Shown piece after piece: positions 49,283-64,000 of a stretch of 64,000 bases of DNA (within the stretch, counting starts at the first letter, position 1; each line of letters starts with the position of its first letter). The translations under genes and the position numbers were made by a program. The stretch is from Eledone cirrhosa (Eukaryota), in contig OZ024753.1 in assembly GCA_964016885.1 (NCBI GenBank), forward strand, positions 4,340,001-4,404,000. The letters run 5' to 3'. A model generated the notes under the pieces. The model ran no database searches. It worked only from the letters and a program-made list of their open reading frames with translations, and was not told the origin of the DNA.

Positions 49283-50297
49283 TGCATATATATAATGCCA
49301 TTCAAAAGACGGCAATATTCACAGAACTCATTTATCAGATATAATTGTCTGCTTTACACCTTTCTTACGTTGTAAAATCGAACAGTTTTTATAGTCTTTC
49401 ACTGTAAATGCTACATTACGAATATGAAAACTTTAATGGTTAAGTAATGTTTTAGCTATGACCAGTAAGTGATCAACGTCATGCAGAGCAATTGGCAATT
49501 ACATAAAATAACTGATCGAATATATGTTAGAGGTCCACTGTTAGCTACAAAAGACATCATCATGAAATATCATAAAATAGGTATCATAAAATATAACGTG
49601 CTGTTTCTTAATGCCGTATATAATGTACATACTAATATATATGATGCACATCTTATCTAAGAAGTTACGTATACCCTCAGTTAAATTCAAATGCACCACT
49701 TCTTGTATTTTGTATCCACCCTAATGTATTTGAACCCTTAAATCCAGAAAGGCAGAAATATATTAATTCATTAACTACAATTACCTCATATATTTCAAGA
49801 TATAGTTGTCTCTATTTACGTTTAACAGAATCTATATTAAGAAACTACCCAGACATGGACATTTTTTTTAACGTAGCTCCATCTTCCTCCTCTGACTAAG
49901 TGAACATACCTGCGCAATACTGGGAGCAATAAATGACAGTTTAAGCATCACACTCGAGGCAAACGCATTTGGGAATTCCGGAAAAACTGACTGCTCAGTA
50001 TTCCATGTTACTATGATTTCAGTATTACATTTTAAGAAACCACACAGAAAAATAAAGATTTATTATTCGACACATCATCATTCAGGACTATAACGGAGCT
50101 ACATAGGTGCTTCTATGTAAATAACCTTAGAATATTAATACGTTTTTATATTCTAGAATATTGGTGATCTATTTAGTTGATGAATATGTTGAGGGGGAAG
50201 ATAATGACGCCGACGATGATGATGATACCAATTATATAAATGTTGATGTTTCTAACAGTTTCTATGATGAAGATGATTTAAATAATGAAACAAAAAG

Positions 50298-50328
<31 letters not shown>

Positions 50329-51721
50329 GTATTACACACCATACCGAAATCCTTCCACAGAAATCTAAGCTACTAGCAGTCTTTGTTCTAATCGCTGTGT
50401 CGTATGTGTATACATGCACGTATTTGTTGTATTTCGAATATTCTGATAGAGCTAAGTCACAATAATGACTAGAATGGCGTATGGAAATGGGGAGAGGTGG
50501 AGAACGAGTGTGTGTACTAGGGAACAGCATGTCGTTCATTATAATTTAATTATAAAAGGAAAATTAATTTAATTTGCCTCAAAAGGTCTTTGGATTGGCT
50601 CACAGGGGATGGACACATATTCACGTTATCTTTACTCTCATTACAAATGTTGTTTCTTAGGAGAAAATAGATTTCTCTCTTTATTCGTCAATTCAAATTT
50701 TACTTCAATCTTACCAACATGAAGGACTGACTATTCTTAGTTTGTAAGATAACAAAAGAAATAAAGCTCGTCAGCAGTTCGATCAAAGCAAATCATTGAA
50801 TACCGCTTCAGACACTCACAAATCTCCTGTGAATAATCCTGGTGGAATTATTCATCTTGGTTGGCTTTTGAAATGACAACATTTGATTTATCAAATTCTG
50901 CAATTCAGATAATAATGTTCATATGAACAAAAATAATTGTATAAAAATACATCACAAGATAGTAAAAAAATAATAATGATTGAATAGAAAAAAGAAGGAA
51001 ACAAAATATATACAGTCACTATCCTTGTTCATTAATGAATTAAATTTGCCATTAGACAAACCAAATTGAATTTCCAGGACATAAATTAATGAAAAATAAA
51101 AACAAACATAAAAAGCAAAAATTAATTGTTTAATCTTTACTTTATTATAAATTGCATCGACGCAATGTGAGCATTTTTATGTTTTTTTAACTCCAATAGT
51201 TTTTCCTTTAGACCCAACAGTTTACTGCTTATAATGAAGTCTGTACCACATTAAAGCACTCATACACGCATATAGTCATATACAGCTCTCTCTTTCCTTC
51301 TTCCTTTCTGCCTACACATACACACACGCACGCTCACATACATTCCCACACACATACACGTATATATATATATATATATGTGTGTGTATGTATATATAAT
51401 TGAATTAAGATTCTTTCATCATCTAACGATCAGCGTGGTTATGTTGTCAGGACAGTGAAAGATTTAATTTATTATTCTATTTTCATGAAATAGCGCATAT
51501 TTATCACATTCAAGAGATTAAATTGTTAGTTAATGTTAGTAAATGAAGATAATAAAACGACAGACATCGAATATTAGAAATCCAGCAGACCTACCCTATG
51601 GGAGTTTCACTATTGATTTATTTCAATTATTATGGGCTTTTATGATTGTAGTTTTATACCAGCAAAGGCATCTGAGCGGGGGAGACGGTATGACGTTCGG
51701 AGAAAAGGAACTGCAGTAATT

Positions 51722-51897
51722 AGTTAGTCCTCTTTACGATCTGAATTGAATTTCTCCTGGGATTAATTTTTATTTTGACTTTCATCCTTTTTAGGGGGGG
51801 GGGGGGTAATAAAACATGAATTAGCCAGCTACATTTAGCAGAAACTATAACCTAACTCGAAACTCTGTGGACTTGCGCCAAATTTAGAAATCGTTAT
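51722..51897 (+). mobile_element. Old diverged SINE copy of a related family
   Basis: ctttacgatctgaattgaattt...gactttcatcctttttagggg...ataaaa...ggacttgcgccaaatttagaaa parallels the SINE body and 3' end. Confidence 0.45.
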
Positions 51898-52309
51898 CCT
51901 AATTTTGAAGCAATATAATATACTCCCGACCAAATTGGTGCGTCTGTAAGAAAAGTACCATAGTATATATATATATGTAAACAGAGAGAGAGAGAGAGGG
52001 ATGGGGGGGGGGCAGTCCTATACCGAGTGAGTGGGAGAGAGAAAGGTACGAGAAATACAAAGTGAGTTACAGGTTGGTCTATTAGATTGCAGTTAATGCA
52101 AACGAAATCCATTTTCAGGATTCAGTGTGAGATTTCGAACCCAACACGGTGTAGTGTTGATTTCTATTTTCTACTTAACGTAGGAAAGGCAAACAACTGA
52201 AGAGGTTGGTTTATCATATGTTACGCATGTCTCCCTGTGATCAGTCTCAACAACATCTGATGAGATAGTAAGTTAATAAATGTGTCCGCGTTCTTTCATA
52301 TTTTGTGTA

Positions 52310-52968
52310 CTAGCAGTAAAGCCCGGCGTTGCTCGGGGTCGCTCAGTAGCTGTGTTAAAGTTACAATGTTAAGTTTCTTTTTTGGCTTAAAGTCTGTCTG
52401 CACGACTGTCTGTCTGCACGCCTAACGAAATTTACAGATACATATGTTTTAAATAAACTTATATAATTTTTGCTTTTTTTTTACGAAATATTTGCTTGTT
52501 TTACGTAGTCTTTAAGTAGACTTGTTTTCAAGTAAAAATATTGTTTTAAAAGGCTTTTAAATGGAAAGGAAGCAAAACGGAAGCTTAGTGTTCGAACTTA
52601 TGAATTTTGCAGGTCAAAATTTTGCTGGCTCGACAACTGTTCGTGTATTGTGTTAATGTCATTTTAAACGCTGAGAAAGCCAGCGTAATTTTTTTAATTT
52701 TTGCACGCAGAAAATGTAAACAGAACGTAAGACGCTCAATGTAAACAGAACAAAGGGAAATAACTCGTCACTTACGCTCAAAAATCGATACATTAGATTC
52801 GATTTCGTCACATAGGGTGGGTCAATTTGAAATATTTTTTCCGATGTCTTCGCTAGGGCTCAATGTACAAGTATAGCAATTTCGGTGCAATTCCGTCAGA
52901 GATTCTAAGAGGAGATGTGTGCCAAAAATCGATAGACAGACAGACAACCACAGCTTTATATATATAGA
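52310..52968 (-). mobile_element. Non-autonomous Helitron
   Basis: Minus strand begins A|TCTATATATATAAAG followed by (CTGT)n. It ends with hairpin CCCGAGCAACGCCGGG, 8 nt, then CTAG|T. These are canonical TC...CTRR termini at an A|T site with no TSD. The 5' end could alternatively be 52972. Confidence 0.85.
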
Positions 52969-54079
52969 TAGATTACACCGAGATGGTGTGTATGAGTGTC
53001 TGTTTTGTTTCATCGAATTATAATGCGAATTCTGATATGCACCAATAAAAACCCTCCAGGTCAACTTAAATCAGAAAATAAACTCTGAATTACTCGAACA
53101 GAGTTGGTGGTCTTGTTAAAATGATACAATGGACAAAGACATATTAAATAGAGCTCAATTTTATGTTTGAAGGGAACATAATATTTGGATGTTCTTATAG
53201 CTTTCAGTGGTAAACTCAACGACAATCTTGTAATTGACTTAATTAGGAAATATAAGAAGTTATCTAAACTCTATTCAGATACGTTACATATAAATTAGTT
53301 TTTAAGAATCTCTACACTAGACAATAACCTTGGATCGGATAAAAAGATCACAAGCTGACTATGAAGCTGTGGAGTTTTGCATGCATTAGTTTCACATCTT
53401 CCTGTTAATAAATGCGTTCTGTATTTCTAGGGACTATGTTGAATAAAGAAAAAAAAACAATTTGCTCGTTCCATGATAATTTCAGCCTACGATCTTTATA
53501 CGATAATGTATGAACGTAAAAATACTTATATTTTCCTACAAACTACTCATAGGTCGAAAACAACGAATCATATATTACAATTATATAAAATTTAGCAAAT
53601 CAATTTAATACATTATTTTGTGATATACAGCGTCACATGAAGCAAGCCGCAAGGCTGTCTTTCCCATGAATAGGACTGTTCAAACGATACATTTCTTTCG
53701 ATTCAATGGGAGGCTCCCTTGACCTGCTGCAAAATCAAAAGCTATTTTTGCGAGCAATGAACCTTGAGGTGAATTTAACCCCAAAATTTTTCCGAGCAAT
53801 GTAAGGAACACTTTTGGTTATTTATGCCCTTGAGAAGCCCACTGGGCGAAACGTACGCTAGTGCTGTTTTAAATAAACATGTTTTAACGGTCTATTCTCC
53901 GATGTCTTACTTTCCCACGTGCTTACGCTCTGCTAACTCTCTAGCCCACTAAATATTAATACTTTGAATATTTAATACTGCCGGCATTAGTATCGAGCAC
54001 GTTTGACAGACGCTACTTGGCAAATAACTATATGTATAACCTATCCTCTCCTGTTTTCTCTCTCTCGATACGTAAATAC

Positions 54080-54887
54080 TGTATATATACACACATATAT
54101 ATATACACACACATACAGATACATATATACACATATATACATATATACACATATATACATATATACACATATATACACATATATACACATACACATATAT
54201 ACATATATACATATACACATATATACATATACACATATATACATATACACATATATACATATACACATATATACATATACACATATATACATATACACAT
54301 ATATACATATACACATATATACATATACACATATACACATATACACATATACACATATATACATATACACATATATACATATACACATATATACATATAC
54401 ACATATATACATATACACATATATACATATACACATATATACATATACACATATATACATATACACACATACACATATATACATATATACATATACACAT
54501 ATATACATATACACATATATACATATACACATATATACATATACACATACATACATATACACATACATACATATACACATACATACATATATATATATAT
54601 ATACATATATACAGATACATATATACATACATATATATATATACACATATATACAGATACATATATACATACATATATATATATATATACACATATATAT
54701 ATACACATATATACATATACACATATATACATATACACATATATACATATACACATATATACATATACACATATATACATATACACATATATACATATAC
54801 ACATATACACATATATACATATACACATATATACATATACACATATATACATACATATATATATACATACATATATATATACATACA

Positions 54888-54923
<36 letters not shown>

Positions 54924-54934
54924 GACATACATAC
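54080..54934. repeat. Minisatellite-like (ACATATACACATATAT)n compound tract
   Basis: Direct inspection; ~16-bp period. Confidence 0.9.
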
Positions 54935-55528
54935 GGTGGCTGCCAACTCGTCTTCGAGTACGGCCACTACTTTATATCCATGTAGGAGAACCCCTACCGA
55001 TGCGCTGAACGAGTGTGACTTTTTAGTCCAGCCAGCGACTTGAAAACTCTGGTACAAAAACTACACCTGTGACAATTATTGACAGTGCTGGGCCCATGGT
55101 ACCATGTGCAGAGAGATCTCCAGATATAAAGCAATGCCTGTGCCGTGAAGCTTTTATAGTGAGCAAAGGCACTGCACAAAGCCAGTCCCACTCTCTTAAC
55201 CAAGATGATATTTACCAAAAAGAAAAACAAGTCAACATCATTGGATATCATCAGGGTTGCAGGTGTTATATCAGAGTTTTCCTTCTCCTAGAATTCTGGC
55301 TTGACAAAGGCTAAGGGGTCATCTCTCCCGGTGATTTTGGATGACCATTGAATCTTAAGAGCTCCTTTGCCCTTTGACAGGATTGGTTTTTAGTCCTGCA
55401 GGATGTCCAAAGTCACCCTCCTCACCAAGAAACCTCGGTAGGGTTGCCAGTTTAGTCGCCAACGACCCGACCATGAGACAGGTTGTACTGGGATACATGT
55501 TACCAGTAGCACCAACTGGTGACCTGAC
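54935..55528 (-). mobile_element. Longest (~594 bp) copy of a bipartite non-autonomous RTE-derived element (5'UTR-like part joined to LINE 3' end)
   Basis: Structured GC-rich 5' end, ctaggagaaggaaaactctga motif, and a 3' part encoding [22 protein letters not shown] (CxxC-x12-H-x4-H) then a stop. (TATG)n tail; no RT or endonuclease ORF. Confidence 0.75.
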
Positions 55529-57059
55529 ATACATACATATATATACACACATACATACATACATACACATATACACATATACATATATACATATACATAT
55601 ATACATATATATGTATATACATATTTACATATGTATATATACATATATATTTACATATACATATATTTACATATACATGTATGTAAATATATATATGTAT
55701 GTAAATATATATATATATTTACATATTTACAGTAAAGCATAGAACTTTCGATACATATACGTATAGACTTATTGTTCTGATGTTGCTATTTCACCTAGAG
55801 AAGAACAAAATATTGCTACATAAAATTTAATCTTTTCATTCTTCTCGCTTCAGGCTTACTAGCAAGTCTGGTTTTGTTTGCTTCTTTCAAACTGAGTTAT
55901 CAATATTTAGGATTTTATCTGTCTTGTGGGATATATAAGTTCAAATAAAATCTTCAAGAACTGTATTTTTACATGATATAGAGTTATGATCCGTCTTCTA
56001 CAATTCAATATTCGAGAACCTTAAAGCTTTCTACGGTAACACAGCATATATTTGTAAGGTATTTGATATGTGAATAGTTCAAGAGGGAAAAGAAATGTAA
56101 GTCGATTCAAAATATATCATTACGCTTATAGATATATCAATATATGTGAGTGTGCATGGCTCAAGGTATCTATGTGTAAGAGTGTTTAACATATTCACGC
56201 ACATATCGATTGCATATACATGATGCAAGAGTTTTCAGTGTTATCTATGAAGGGAAATGAGATTGTATGAAGATCACAACTTTTAGAGGGTTATTAGGAT
56301 GATATGAGAAGTAAAATATCAAGAAGAGCAAATTTAAGCCGGCTTGTAACATCGGTTCAAAGAAATTGTATAAATACCGGATATCTAATACTGCAGGTGT
56401 ATACGCAAGAACACAAAATCACATTATTATGCTCAAAGGTTTCCACATAACCTTTGCATGCATAATTATGTATACGTATGTATATATACACACACATATA
56501 TATATATATATATAGATATATATATAGAGAGAGAGGTGTGTGTCAGCATTTATGTGTATATATATATTCTGAGTTTACACAGTTGCCAATAAAATTGCAT
56601 ATCTGCAGAATTTATGTTTTAGGGAGCACAGTGTAAGATACACTCACACAAAAACATATATATGTGTGTATATATATGTGCGTGTGTGTGTATATGCATT
56701 TATGTATATATGGTCGTGTTTTCATGTGTACACAATTAGAGACATCGATACATATTGATATGCTGCTAGAATCGATTAAAGTAAGTCAGGGAAGACTTTA
56801 GTTAGAGTGGAGTGAAGAAAATGGAGATGATATAGATTCGTTAATAAACGAAGATGTATATTGAAGACATGATAGAGTGAAAGACCCACACGTAGATTAT
56901 GAAAGAGAAAGATTGAGTGGCTCAAAAACATCAAACAATATTAAGGTATATTACTTGACGTAATAACTCAAGCTTCAGCTCTAGTAAAGTAATATTATAT
57001 CGCCCTGTAAGTATACACTATTGTACATACAACTCATATTTGATGTGATGTGTATTGCA

Positions 57060-57259
57060 NNNNNNNNNNNNNNNNNNNNNNNNNNNNNNNNNNNNNNNNN
57101 NNNNNNNNNNNNNNNNNNNNNNNNNNNNNNNNNNNNNNNNNNNNNNNNNNNNNNNNNNNNNNNNNNNNNNNNNNNNNNNNNNNNNNNNNNNNNNNNNNNN
57201 NNNNNNNNNNNNNNNNNNNNNNNNNNNNNNNNNNNNNNNNNNNNNNNNNNNNNNNNNNN
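57060..57259. other. Assembly gap (200 N)
   Basis: Run of N. Confidence 1.

Positions 57260-64000
<6,741 letters not shown>

Larger units (their letters stand above)
44120..49503 (+). repeat. First copy of the segment duplicated at 57260-64000
   Basis: Unique sequence is near-identical from cgctcatattcgtctctc to cagagcaattggcaattaca. Confidence 0.95.

Noticed and set aside
50161-50376. Acidic ORF (EGEDNDADDDDD)
   Set aside because: Degenerate (GAT)n microsatellite running into (TA)n.

Overview
Very AT-rich, microsatellite-laden eukaryotic non-coding DNA. The tRNA-like SINEs, RTE-derived elements and huge (TA)n/(TACA)n tracts suggest an octopus-like cephalopod (inference). No credible protein-coding gene is present; nearly all listed ORFs are microsatellite read-through. 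The main signal is a cluster of self-cleaving-RNA retroelements in the first 19 kb. A 466-bp tandem array (14757-17836) carries a minimal type I hammerhead ribozyme (HHR) in every unit and switches orientation inside a ribozyme. A diverged solo copy at about 5916-6330 keeps helix I paired despite substitutions. At least four other unrelated fold-back elements, probably Penelope-like pLTR remnants, carry HHR cores, point outwards, and sit in (TA)n tracts. Also present: a non-autonomous RTE-derived element with a C2H2-finger relic and a candidate HDV-like ribozyme, SINE copies with a flipped 29-bp internal cassette, a non-autonomous Helitron and several MITEs. A 200-N gap is followed by a near-identical copy of 44120-49503, probably an uncollapsed haplotype. 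All structures were read by eye; no folding or database search was run.
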